Assembly (NCBI GenBank): GCA_035485295.1
Contig: DATHOD010000174.1
Coordinates: forward strand, 3,704-67,703
Direction of reading: 5' to 3'
Length of the DNA: 64,000 bases
Origin: Bacteroidia bacterium
Lineage (GTDB): Bacteria; Bacteroidota; Bacteroidia; JABEUT01
Positions 49,871 through 58,592 of this stretch are shown piece after piece. The position numbers were made by a program, and so were the translations under genes. How positions within the stretch are numbered: position 1 is the stretch's first letter; each line of letters begins with the position of its first letter. The notes under the pieces are model-generated. The model saw nothing but the letters and a program-made list of their open reading frames with translations. It ran no database searches and was not told the origin of the DNA.

Positions 49871-52231
49871 ATGGAGGAAAAAGTAATGGAGAAGCTTGTA
49901 AGTGTGAGGCCTGCAAAATCGAAAAGAAAGAAAATACTTATTATACTAAGTAGTATTATCATTTTAATTCCAATCGTTATTATTATTTGTATTTCGCCAA
50001 TAACTAAATACTTGGTAGAAAAGTATAGTGTAAAGTATATTGGTAGGCAAGTTAAAATGGATTGGGCCTATGTAAATCCATTTACTGGATATGCTTACTT
50101 CAAGAATCTAAAAATAAATGAATTTGAAAGCGATAGCATATTTATATCTGCAAATGGTGCAAGTGCTACATTCAGTTTGCTTAAACTATTCTCAAGAACA
50201 TGCGAAATCACTCAAATTACATTAGATCAGCCAAACATTATAATTATAGAATCACAAAAGGATGTGAATTTTTATGACCTTATACAAAGGTTCAAGCCCA
50301 AGGACACAATAAGTACAAATTCTCCATTTCATGTTAATGTGCTAAATATGAAAATCGTTAATGGGGTTTTACGCTACCGCGATAACCGTGTACCCGTTAA
50401 TTATTCTGTAGTACACCTGGATATTGAGAGTCCGGGATTGCAATGGAATATGGACACCTTAGCTGCAAAGGTTTCTTTGTTATCGGGAAATGGTGCAGGG
50501 GGAATAAAGGGCCATATTACAATTAACCTAAAAACCCTTGATTATAAGCTTGATGCAGTTATAGATAAACTTGAATTAGAATTTCTTAATCAGTATCTTA
50601 AAACAATGTCTAATTATGGCAGTTTTAGGGCGAACCTTGATGCAGATATTAAAGCCAATGGTAGTTTTAAAGATGCTGAGAATATGGAAGCTAAAGGCCA
50701 GGTTGTAATAAGTGATTTTCATTTCGGCGAGGATTCAGAAAGGGATTTTGCTTCCTTTAAAAAGTTTACACTAAGGGTCAATGCGTTGAACCCTAAGAAT
50801 AAGGAATATTTAATTGATTCCGTATCACTAAGTCACCCATATTTCAAATTCGAGCAGTACGATTATTTGAATAATGTTGAGCGTATGTTTGAACAAAAGG
50901 GAGAGGCAGTGCAACAAGGGGTAGGGAAGTTCAACTTGATTGTAGCTATAGGTAATTATATAAAAGAATTGTCACAAAACTTTTTCAGGAGTAACTATAC
51001 GGTAACCCATTTGGCTGTTTATAATGGTGACTTTCTATATGATGATTTTTCGCTAAACGAGAAATTCGCTATAGCTGCTAACCCAGTATATATAAGAGCT
51101 GATTCTATAAAAAAGACTAATTCCAGGGTAAAAATATCCTTTAACACCGGTATTAAGCCTTATGGCTCTGGTACAATTAATCTAAGTGTTGATCCTCAGG
51201 ATAGCTCAGACTTTGATTTAAATTATAATCTTAAAAAAATACCTATTTCCATATTTAATCCCTACCTTATCGCATATACTTCCTTCCCATTAGATATGGG
51301 CACATTGGAACTTAATGGTACATGGAAAGTAAGAGAAGGGGTAATACAAAGCGATAACCACTTACTGGTTATTGATCCACGCATAGGACAGCGTGTAAAA
51401 AATAAAAACAACCACTGGCTTCCAATGCGACTGGCTATGTTTTTGATAAAGGAAGAAGATAACGTGATAGATTATCAAATACCGATCACAGGAAATTTGA
51501 AGAGCCCTTCTTTTCATCTTCATGAAGTGGTTATGGATATTATACGGAACATCTTCGTGAAACCTGCTACTTCGGTATATAGAACCGAAGTGAAAAACAG
51601 GGAAGATGAAATTGAACAATCTATGACTCTTAAATGGGAAACCCGGCAGTTTTCCTTATCAGGATACCAGAGAAGGTTTTTGGATAAAACGGAAAAATTT
51701 CTGGAAGAAAACCCCACTTCTTCGGTTCTCATATCGCCTGAGTTATATGAAGCAAAGGAGAAAGAAGGAATATTGTTCTACGAGGCTAAGAAGAAGTATT
51801 ATCTATCAATTAATCAGGGGGAAACCAGGCCATTCAGCGAAGATGACTCTGAACATGTAGAAAGAATGTCAATAAGGGACTCTATGTTTATACGTTATTT
51901 AAATAAGCACCTTACTCATGCTCTTGAGTTTACTTTACAAGATAAATGCGCTAGTCTTATAGGTGTAGCAGTGATTAATACTAAATTCAATCAGCTAACT
52001 AAGAATAGAAAGAATGCCTTTCTTTCTTATTTTAAGGATAAAGATGTTGGAACGCGAGTAAAATTCAGCCCCATTCAAAATAACATCCCATACAACGGCT
52101 TTTCGTATTATAAGATCGAATTCAAGGGTGAATTGCCTGACTACTTGATTAAAGCCTATGCAAAAATGGCTGAACTAAATACCAGGAGTCCCCGCGAAAA
52201 GTATAGCAAAGAGAGGAAAAGCATTTTGTAG
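49871..52231 (+). CDS. large N-terminally membrane-anchored protein, AsmA/DUF748-like (tentative)
   Basis: 786 aa; one N-terminal TM helix (ILIILSSIIILIPIVIIICI) and a long periplasmic beta-rich region. Family assignment is uncertain. Confidence 0.35.
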   Translation: MEEKVMEKLVSVRPAKSKRKKILIILSSIIILIPIVIIICISPITKYLVEKYSVKYIGRQVKMDWAYVNPFTGYAYFKNLKINEFESDSIFISANGASATFSLLKLFSRTCEITQITLDQPNIIIIESQKDVNFYDLIQRFKPKDTISTNSPFHVNVLNMKIVNGVLRYRDNRVPVNYSVVHLDIESPGLQWNMDTLAAKVSLLSGNGAGGIKGHITINLKTLDYKLDAVIDKLELEFLNQYLKTMSNYGSFRANLDADIKANGSFKDAENMEAKGQVVISDFHFGEDSERDFASFKKFTLRVNALNPKNKEYLIDSVSLSHPYFKFEQYDYLNNVERMFEQKGEAVQQGVGKFNLIVAIGNYIKELSQNFFRSNYTVTHLAVYNGDFLYDDFSLNEKFAIAANPVYIRADSIKKTNSRVKISFNTGIKPYGSGTINLSVDPQDSSDFDLNYNLKKIPISIFNPYLIAYTSFPLDMGTLELNGTWKVREGVIQSDNHLLVIDPRIGQRVKNKNNHWLPMRLAMFLIKEEDNVIDYQIPITGNLKSPSFHLHEVVMDIIRNIFVKPATSVYRTEVKNREDEIEQSMTLKWETRQFSLSGYQRRFLDKTEKFLEENPTSSVLISPELYEAKEKEGILFYEAKKKYYLSINQGETRPFSEDDSEHVERMSIRDSMFIRYLNKHLTHALEFTLQDKCASLIGVAVINTKFNQLTKNRKNAFLSYFKDKDVGTRVKFSPIQNNIPYNGFSYYKIEFKGELPDYLIKAYAKMAELNTRSPREKYSKERKSIL

Positions 52232-52236
52232 TTATT

Positions 52237-52292
52237 TGTAAGATTGGAGCATAATAGTGTAACACTTCTAAGAGTAGCTATTTCCAGCTTTG
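52237..52292 (+). promoter_or_regulatory. bipartite module for the 52334 gene
   Basis: TGTAAGA 52237-52243, TGTAACA 52258-52264 (21 bp apart), N23, CTTTG 52288-52292, then palindrome ATCGCAAATGCGAT before the ATG. Confidence 0.55.
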
Positions 52293-52333
52293 CACAATCT
52301 AATTATCGCAAATGCGATTTAACTCCATCACAT

Positions 52334-52894
52334 ATGAAAACTACACCATTAAACTTATCAGTTCTTGATAAGAACTCAATTATCATAGGTCCACTCAGTA
52401 CTTACCTTAACACCAGGTTCGGTGAAAGGATCAATATAACTCCATATTCAGATGCTGAACTATGCATGCAGTTTATTGACGATGACTCACATGTAATTAT
52501 CCTTGATTATTTTATAAATCATGAAGATAGAACCGGCACCAAAGGATTAAAGCTATTTGAAACAATGAAAAAGCGTAACCCAGGGAGTAAGATAACCATG
52601 CTAAGCTCAAGGGAAGATATTGATGTGGCTACCGAGGAGATGCAGCAAGGTGCCAGCAAATACATTATGAAGAACGAAAGGGGATTATACGATATAAGGT
52701 TTGTGCTGGATAAAGCTGTAAGGCCAATGAAAACAATCGTAATTCCGGTTATAACACTCCCAATAAGAAAACTAGTGCATTATTATAACTTGAAATCATA
52801 CCTAATGATGTTCCTTGTAGCATTTATATCTGTAGGTATCCTGGTAATTGCAGGGTACGTTGGCCTGAAATTCGCACACTTATTAAATATATAG
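52334..52894 (+). CDS. membrane-anchored pseudo-receiver (REC-like domain lacking the acidic pocket, with a C-terminal TM helix)
   Basis: VIILDYFINHEDRTGTKGLKLFETMKK…KITMLSSREDIDVA parallels the receiver at 36376 (VIILDYHLDG…VVMLSSQDKIDVA). N-terminus lacks the DD pair. C-terminus LMMFLVAFISVGILVIAGYVGL. Confidence 0.5.
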   Translation: MKTTPLNLSVLDKNSIIIGPLSTYLNTRFGERINITPYSDAELCMQFIDDDSHVIILDYFINHEDRTGTKGLKLFETMKKRNPGSKITMLSSREDIDVATEEMQQGASKYIMKNERGLYDIRFVLDKAVRPMKTIVIPVITLPIRKLVHYYNLKSYLMMFLVAFISVGILVIAGYVGLKFAHLLNI

Positions 52895-52912
52895 TCGAAT
52901 AATACAAAACAT

Positions 52913-52958
52913 TCTAACAATTGTATAATAATGCTAAGTGCGATGGTATCCAACTTTG
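52913..52958 (+). promoter_or_regulatory. bipartite module (variant) for the 52992 gene
   Basis: TGTATAATA 52923-52931, N22, CTTTG 52954-52958. Distal half-site weak. Confidence 0.35.
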
Positions 52959-52991
52959 CATATAAATTAACAACCATTAATAATTGAATAT

Positions 52992-53246
52992 ATGAACATT
53001 ATAACTTATGGCTTAACAGGCGCAGGGGTATTTGTACTCTTTATCATAATATACTCTTATATAGAGACCCATTATAAAAAGAAAACGTACAAGATGAAAC
53101 TGGAGGAAAGGTTAAAAAGCGAAATGGACACAGAGGAAGATTATCGCCACAAGCTATCTGATACAATACCTATCAGCAATGAGAAATCATTAAGCCATAA
53201 AGAAGATGCCCGTAAAGATGAAATAAAAACAGCGATAAAATTATAG
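52992..53246 (+). CDS. small membrane protein (N-terminal TM, charged tail)
   Basis: MNIITYGLTGAGVFVLFIIIYSYI then a K/E-rich tail. Confidence 0.4.
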   Translation: MNIITYGLTGAGVFVLFIIIYSYIETHYKKKTYKMKLEERLKSEMDTEEDYRHKLSDTIPISNEKSLSHKEDARKDEIKTAIKL

Positions 53247-53247
53247 A

Positions 53248-53303
53248 TGTAACATATACATAAGTATGTGTAACACTCTACCGGTTGAACTGCCACATCT
53301 TTG
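53248..53303 (+). promoter_or_regulatory. bipartite module for the 53343 CsbD-like gene
   Basis: TGTAACA 53248-53254, TGTAACA 53269-53275 (21 bp apart), N23, CTTTG 53299-53303, then CGTAATAATTTAATAATAC. Confidence 0.6.
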
Positions 53304-53342
53304 CATCGTAATAATTTAATAATACTTTAATAAAATAAAATC

Positions 53343-53633
53343 ATGGAAACAACTCAAAACAAAACTTCTGAAACAACTCAAAACAAGACTCCAGAAGCAA
53401 CTCAGAGCAAAACCCCGGAAGCAACCCAATCTACTGAATCATTTAAAGTGACCGGTAACTGGGCTACTAAATCACAAGAACTTAAGTCTCAATATTCAAC
53501 CCTTACCGATTCAGACGTAAAGTTTGAAACAGGTAAAGAAAGTGAACTATTAGGCAGGTTACAAACCAAGTTAGGTAAGAACCGTGAAGAGGTAATTGCT
53601 TTGATTAAGCAAACCGAAACTATACAAGCTTAA
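53343..53633 (+). CDS. CsbD-like stress protein with N-terminal ETTQNKT/EATQSKTP tandem repeats
   Basis: C-terminal half VTGNWATKSQELKSQYSTLTDSDVKFETGKESELLGRLQTKLGKNREEV has the CsbD pattern. N-terminal 8-aa repeats. Confidence 0.6.
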   Translation: METTQNKTSETTQNKTPEATQSKTPEATQSTESFKVTGNWATKSQELKSQYSTLTDSDVKFETGKESELLGRLQTKLGKNREEVIALIKQTETIQA

Positions 53634-53691
53634 AGATATACCGATTAAATGAATAGTGTTACAGCTATTTCGTTTGAAAGGGAAATAAAAA

Positions 53692-53719
53692 GGCAGGATC
53701 CCCAATACCTGCCTTTTTT
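53692..53719 (+). terminator. intrinsic terminator
   Basis: GGCAGG, 10-nt loop, CCTGCC, then TTTTTT. Confidence 0.55.
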
Positions 53720-53838
53720 ATAAAACTGAGATAATGATAAGAAAAAGATAAGGAGTTTAAAATATTCCTTTTTATCGGATACTCATAAAAGAGCGCTTAA
53801 TGGCGCTCTTTGCTTTTTAGGGAAGTTAGCAGGAATAG

Positions 53839-53894
53839 TGTAACCTAATCAGGCAATTATGTAACAATAGTAAGCCAGAGCTAATAGACCTTTG
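53839..53894 (+). promoter_or_regulatory. bipartite module for the 53934 gene
   Basis: TGTAACC 53839-53845, TGTAACA 53860-53866, N23, CTTTG 53890-53894, then GTGAAAATTCATTCA 53901-53915. Confidence 0.6.
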
Positions 53895-53933
53895 TGCGTT
53901 GTGAAAATTCATTCATAATCTAATTTACTAAAA

Positions 53934-54689
53934 ATGAAAAAGTTAAAATTAATATCAACTCTTGCCATCGCATCGGTTGTCTTACTGGCAGCATGTGCCA
54001 AGAGTGACACTTCACCTACCACAACTACTACTACACCACCAATTGTTATACCCGTTCAAACTACTATACAAGGATCTGTTTCTCTGGGTAGTTCAGCCAG
54101 TACCATGGTAGTTATTGCTGGTTCAACAGTTACAAGCACCGGGGCAACAAATATTACAGGTGACCTGGGATTAAGTCCAGGTACTGGATTAAGTGGATTC
54201 CCTCCCGGGATAATTAATGGAACAAAACACATTGATGATACTGCAGCCAGCCAGGCTAAACGTGATATAACAGCAGCCTATAACGATGCTGGCAGCCGCA
54301 CTTCTGCCGATATGGTAACACTTTCGGGAAATATTGGTGGGCTCACACTTACCCCTGGCCTTTATAAATCAACCTCTTCACTTGCTATATCATCAGGTAA
54401 CCTGACTTTTGATGCAAAAGGAAATGCAAATGCCGTCTTTATAATACAGATAGCTTCTTCATTAACTGTGACATCGGCACGCCAGGTAATTCTTGCTGGA
54501 GGAGCTTCAGCCGCAAATATATTTTGGCAGATTGGCAGTTCTGCTACTTTCGGAACTACTTCAGTAATGTATGGAACTGTATTGGTAATGCAATCTATTA
54601 CACTAAATACTGGGGCAACACTTAATGGCAGGGTATTTGCAAGAACCGGAGCGGTAGTAATGCAGGCAAATACTGTAACTAAGCAATAG
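53934..54689 (+). CDS. lipoprotein with DUF3494 ice-binding-like (IBP-1 fold) domain
   Basis: Lipobox LLAAC, poly-Thr linker. …[86 protein letters not shown] matches the DUF3494/IBP signature. Confidence 0.7.
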   Translation: MKKLKLISTLAIASVVLLAACAKSDTSPTTTTTTPPIVIPVQTTIQGSVSLGSSASTMVVIAGSTVTSTGATNITGDLGLSPGTGLSGFPPGIINGTKHIDDTAASQAKRDITAAYNDAGSRTSADMVTLSGNIGGLTLTPGLYKSTSSLAISSGNLTFDAKGNANAVFIIQIASSLTVTSARQVILAGGASAANIFWQIGSSATFGTTSVMYGTVLVMQSITLNTGATLNGRVFARTGAVVMQANTVTKQ

Positions 54690-54731
54690 GTAATCTTGTT
54701 TTTATACAAAATGGGGTATATGTGTGAATAG

Positions 54732-54787
54732 TGTAATATATATGCACAGTTATGTAATACTTATAAGTGCTAAGGTAGGCACCTTTA
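54732..54787 (+). promoter_or_regulatory. bipartite module (box variant CCTTTAC) for the 54837 gene
   Basis: TGTGTGAATAGTGTAATA (TGTAATA 54732-54738), TGTAATA 54753-54759 (21 bp apart), N23, CTTTA 54783-54787. Confidence 0.5.
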
Positions 54788-54836
54788 CCAAGTACAATTA
54801 ATTCATATTAAATCAAGTCCCTTAGGGGCAAAAAAA

Positions 54837-56459
54837 ATGAAAAATAAACTATCTAATATGCTTACAGTTGCTATGCTACTGGTAATTCCTTCTCTTAGTT
54901 TTGCACAAGCACCAACGCTTGGTACAGCAGCTGATTTTGTTCTGTTTACTACTAACGGAGCAGTAAAGAATACTGGCACATCTCAACTTACAGGTAATGT
55001 AGGGACCAATAATGGATCTAACACAGGCTTCGGCAATGTAAATGGTGTTATGCACGCTAAAGATGCAGCAACTGCAAAATGCGATTCAAATGTACTGGTT
55101 GCTTATGGCCAATTAAAAGCTGATGTTCCTACTTTCTTTCCTTCTGCTTCAATGGGAAATGGGGATACACTTATACCAGGTGTTTATTCTATTGCTGCTG
55201 CTGCAACGTTGAATTTGAACCTTTATTTAAATGCAAAAGGGAATCCAAATGCAGTGTTTGTGTTTCAAATAGGTGGGCCGCTTTCAACCGGCGCATTATC
55301 TAAAGTAAAATTGATTAATGGTGCATTAGCATGTAATGTGTATTGGAAAGTAGAAGGCCTGGTAAGTATGGCTGCGGGTTCTACCATGCGCGGAACAATT
55401 ATTATAAACAATGCGGCTATTAATATGAACACTGGTGATACACTTGAAGGCAGAGCGCTTTCTATTGCAGGTGCAGTTACAGTAAGTGGAATACTTGCTT
55501 ACACCCCGATAGGTTGTAGTAGCCCTACGTTAACAGGCCCGGCGGCTCCAACGCTTGGTGCAGCAGGATGTTATGCAGTTTTTTCTACCGATGGCGCTGT
55601 AACTAATTCCGGAACAACACACTTAACCGGCGATGTAGGAACAAATGTAGGCCTAACCACAGGGTATAATGCAGTTGACGTAACTGGTACCATACATCCT
55701 AAACCGGATGGTTCAACTGCTGTTTGCGCGTCAGATCTGCTTTCTGCTTACAATTACCTTAATACTCTTCCATACGATATTGAATTATTGTATCCTGCCC
55801 AGTTTGGCCATAACCTGGTACTTACTCCTCATACGTATATTATGAAATCGGCAGTCACTTTTACCGATTCTCTTTATCTGAATGCTGAAAATGATCCGGC
55901 AGCCATATTTGTAATACAAGTAAACGGTGCTTTTGCTACCAGTACCTTTTCAAAGGTTATTTTAATAAATGGTGCACAGGCCGCAAACGTGTATTGGGTA
56001 ATAAATGGGGCAGTAAGTATTAACAAGTTCTCTACTTTTAATGGAACTGTTGTTTGCAATAACGGCGCAATTAACGTGGTTACCGGAGCTGTGATCAATG
56101 GCAGAGTTCTTACCACTAAGGGCCAGGTAACAACTGATACAATTACGGTTACAGCCTCAGCTATTCCGGGCAATTGTTCAACAGTAGGAATTCAGAATAT
56201 TAATGCAGATGATGAATCAGTTACTCTGTATCCTAACCCATTCAGGTCTTCTTTAGCTATTAAAATAAGCGACAATGCAATTCTAAATAATTGCAATTTG
56301 ACTATTTATAATGTACTTGGACAAGAAGTATTGAAAATGGATATTACCGAGCATTCAACTACTGTTGAAACAAGTAAGCTGATCTCGGGAATTTACTTTT
56401 ATAAGGTAATTGAGAATAACAATGTAATACAATCAGGCAAGTTGATATCACAACAGTAA
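54837..56459 (+). CDS. secreted protein with two tandem DUF3494 ice-binding-like domains and a T9SS C-terminal sorting domain
   Basis: Two repeats of …NAVFVFQIGGPLSTGALSKVKLINGALACNVYWKVEG… and …AIFVIQVNGAFATSTFSKVILINGAQAANVYWVINGAVS…GRVLTTKGQVT. CTD …VTLYPNPFRSSLAIKIS…GIYFYKVIENNNVIQSGKLISQQ. Confidence 0.7.
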   Translation: MKNKLSNMLTVAMLLVIPSLSFAQAPTLGTAADFVLFTTNGAVKNTGTSQLTGNVGTNNGSNTGFGNVNGVMHAKDAATAKCDSNVLVAYGQLKADVPTFFPSASMGNGDTLIPGVYSIAAAATLNLNLYLNAKGNPNAVFVFQIGGPLSTGALSKVKLINGALACNVYWKVEGLVSMAAGSTMRGTIIINNAAINMNTGDTLEGRALSIAGAVTVSGILAYTPIGCSSPTLTGPAAPTLGAAGCYAVFSTDGAVTNSGTTHLTGDVGTNVGLTTGYNAVDVTGTIHPKPDGSTAVCASDLLSAYNYLNTLPYDIELLYPAQFGHNLVLTPHTYIMKSAVTFTDSLYLNAENDPAAIFVIQVNGAFATSTFSKVILINGAQAANVYWVINGAVSINKFSTFNGTVVCNNGAINVVTGAVINGRVLTTKGQVTTDTITVTASAIPGNCSTVGIQNINADDESVTLYPNPFRSSLAIKISDNAILNNCNLTIYNVLGQEVLKMDITEHSTTVETSKLISGIYFYKVIENNNVIQSGKLISQQ

Positions 56460-56477
56460 GCTTTTATTAACTAAAAA

Positions 56478-56519
56478 GCCCTCTGCTTGGTACAATCCGG
56501 GCAGGGGGCTTTTCTTTTG
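56478..56519 (+). terminator. intrinsic terminator
   Basis: GCCCTCTGC, loop, GCAGGGGGC, then TTTTCTTTT. Confidence 0.55.
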
Positions 56520-56534
56520 TATCTACCTTATATA

Positions 56535-56590
56535 TATAACTATTACTTAAAGTTATGTAACAGCTGAAATAGCCTAAATACGCAGCTTTG
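56535..56590 (+). promoter_or_regulatory. bipartite module for the 56630 gene
   Basis: Proximal TGTAACA 56556-56562, N23, CTTTG 56586-56590, then GTGAAAATTATTTCACAC. Distal half-site weak (TATAAC 56535-40). Confidence 0.5.
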
Positions 56591-56629
56591 TATCGTCGTG
56601 AAAATTATTTCACACATAAAACAAAAATC

Positions 56630-57268
56630 ATGAAAAAGTTATTTATCGCAATAAGTTTATTGTCAATGTTCTTTGGAACAAGAGTAATGGCTCAGGATGG
56701 AACTGATCCAAGGGAAGATCTTACATTTGGTTTAAAGGTGGGAGCCAACTATTCTAATGTTTACGATGCACAAGGACAAAACTTTGTCGCAGACTCTAAA
56801 GTTGGTTTTGCAGGTGGGGTATTTTTAGGAATACCATTAGGCAAATATTTAGGTTTTCAACCTGAAGCCCTGATATCGCAAAAAGGATTCCAGGGATCAG
56901 GGATATTAGAAGATGAACCATACTCTTTTACCAGAACTACTACCTACCTGGATATTCCACTATTACTGCAATTAAAACTTACTCCATGCCTAACTATATT
57001 AGCAGGACCGCAATATTCTTACTTATTGAGTGAGAAGGATGTGTATACATATGGTGCAAATAGCGCTGCCCAGGAACAGGATTTTTCAAATGATAATATA
57101 CGGAAAAACATTTTTGGCTTTGTTGTTGGTGCTGATGTTAGCATTTCGCACTTCCTTATTTCAGGAAGAGCAGGCTGGGATTTGCAAACCAATAATGGTA
57201 ATGGCACTTCTTCTACGCCTCAATACAGAAATCAATGGTTACAATTAACTGTAGGCTTTAAGGTTTAA
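56630..57268 (+). CDS. outer membrane beta-barrel protein (porin-family / OmpW-like small barrel)
   Basis: Signal peptide MKKLFIAISLLSMFFGTRVMAQ; alternating amphipathic strands; C-terminal …WLQLTVGFKV ending in an aromatic residue. Confidence 0.7.
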   Translation: MKKLFIAISLLSMFFGTRVMAQDGTDPREDLTFGLKVGANYSNVYDAQGQNFVADSKVGFAGGVFLGIPLGKYLGFQPEALISQKGFQGSGILEDEPYSFTRTTTYLDIPLLLQLKLTPCLTILAGPQYSYLLSEKDVYTYGANSAAQEQDFSNDNIRKNIFGFVVGADVSISHFLISGRAGWDLQTNNGNGTSSTPQYRNQWLQLTVGFKV

Positions 57269-57294
57269 CCAGTAAAGTAAATAAACCAGTAAGC

Positions 57295-57330
57295 TCTCTA
57301 TCCTATAAACAGGATAGGGGGCTTTCGCTT
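57295..57330 (+). terminator. intrinsic terminator
   Basis: CTCTATCCT, loop ATAAAC, AGGATAGGGG, then CTTTCGCTTT. Confidence 0.5.
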
Positions 57331-57358
57331 TGTAAGATATTCATCAAATCGGGATTTA

Positions 57359-57414
57359 TGTAATTAATCCCAATAGTTATGTAACACTTAAGGATAGCCG
57401 GATGTTCACTTTTG
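57359..57414 (+). promoter_or_regulatory. bipartite module for the 57460 gene
   Basis: TGTAATT 57359-57365, TGTAACA 57380-57386 (21 bp apart), N22, CTTTTG 57409-57414. Confidence 0.55.
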
Positions 57415-57459
57415 TACCATTGCAGAAATTCTTTTGTAATCGTTAATTAAAATCTAATA

Positions 57460-58041
57460 ATGAAAAAAATATTCCAACAACTCCTGGTACTAACGGCATC
57501 AACTGTATTGCTATCATCATGCGCTAATATTTCTAAATTATCACTAACAAAAAGGCACTACAGAAGCGGCTACTTTGTTGATTTTGGAAGTAGTAAGCAT
57601 ATTACACCTATTACTGTAATACACAGGAAGCCTCAAAATGAAACTTTAACCCCGGTAACGGCAAAATCTGCGCAACCAGTTGTAACAACTGCCGCAATAA
57701 TTGCAACCAATGAAGTAAACACAGCTCCTTCAAATATAGTCCCTAAGACAAAAAAGGTGAATGCAGCTAAAATAGCAAGTGCAAATGCGACAGCTCATGT
57801 AGCACTGGCAATTACGGCATCACCAACTACTTATGCGAAAGACGAATCAGACTTAGATCATCATACTCAGGTTGATGTTAATGTATCGTTTGTGGTTATT
57901 GTGCTTTGTGCCATATTTATACCACCACTTGGTGTAGCACTAATGTATGGTATTACTACTTATTTCTGGATCGACTTGATCTTAACACTGCTTTTTTTCT
58001 TCCCGGGAATGATATTCGCTCTGATAGTCGTTCTTAGTTAG
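57460..58041 (+). CDS. lipoprotein fused to a C-terminal YqaE/Pmp3 (UPF0057, RCI2-like) proteolipid domain
   Basis: Lipobox LLSSC. The last ~55 aa, IFIPPLGVALMYGITTYFWIDLILTLLFFFPGMIFALIVVL, match the Pmp3/RCI2 stress proteolipid family. Confidence 0.65.
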   Translation: MKKIFQQLLVLTASTVLLSSCANISKLSLTKRHYRSGYFVDFGSSKHITPITVIHRKPQNETLTPVTAKSAQPVVTTAAIIATNEVNTAPSNIVPKTKKVNAAKIASANATAHVALAITASPTTYAKDESDLDHHTQVDVNVSFVVIVLCAIFIPPLGVALMYGITTYFWIDLILTLLFFFPGMIFALIVVLS

Positions 58042-58080
58042 AAAGAATAAAATCATTAATCAAATAAATAATAAAACATC

Positions 58081-58233
58081 ATGGGAAATCTATTGTACGT
58101 AATAGCAGTAATACTAATCATTTGCTGGCTAATTGGCTTTGTAGGATACGGAGCAGGTGGGTTAATCCACATACTACTTGTAATTGCCATAATAGCTGTT
58201 ATTATGCGTGTAATTCAAGGTAAAAAACTATAA
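58081..58233 (+). CDS. lmo0937-family small membrane protein (50 aa, absent from ORF track)
   Basis: MGNLLYVIAVILIICWLIGFVGYGAGGLIHILLVIAIIAVIMRVIQGKKL, the characteristic two-helix pattern of this widespread small-protein family. Confidence 0.55.
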   Translation: MGNLLYVIAVILIICWLIGFVGYGAGGLIHILLVIAIIAVIMRVIQGKKL

Positions 58234-58257
58234 TCTAATATTCTAACAATAATATAT

Positions 58258-58524
58258 ATGGATATTTCAAATAACTCAGGAAAAATAATTGGCGCCTTAT
58301 TAATGGGAGCTGCAATTGGCGGTGTACTTGGAATTCTATTTGCTCCTGATAAAGGCAGCAAGACTAGAAGGAGAATAATTGGCAATGCAGAAGACATTAC
58401 CGATGCAATGCAGGATAAATTCAACGAATTTCTTGATGAGATAAAAGAAGAAGTTGAAGCCGTTAAGCTTAAGGCAGAGATTTTTATTGGAGACGGTACA
58501 CCTAAGAACCATAAACTAAAATAA
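58258..58524 (+). CDS. YtxH-domain protein
   Basis: IGALLMGAAIGGVLGILFAPDKGSKTRRRI then a helical acidic tail: the YtxH/DUF948 pattern. Confidence 0.65.
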   Translation: MDISNNSGKIIGALLMGAAIGGVLGILFAPDKGSKTRRRIIGNAEDITDAMQDKFNEFLDEIKEEVEAVKLKAEIFIGDGTPKNHKLK

Positions 58525-58537
58525 GAACATTAAGAAT

Positions 58538-58592
58538 GTAACTTATTTCGGATTATGTGTAATACTAAGCCGGAATCAAGTTACCACTTTTG
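58538..58592 (+). promoter_or_regulatory. bipartite module for the 58633 mini-gene
   Basis: TGTAACT 58538-58544, TGTAATA 58558-58564, N22, CTTTTG 58587-58592, then GTAGAAATTCATTAACA 58600-58616. Confidence 0.55.
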
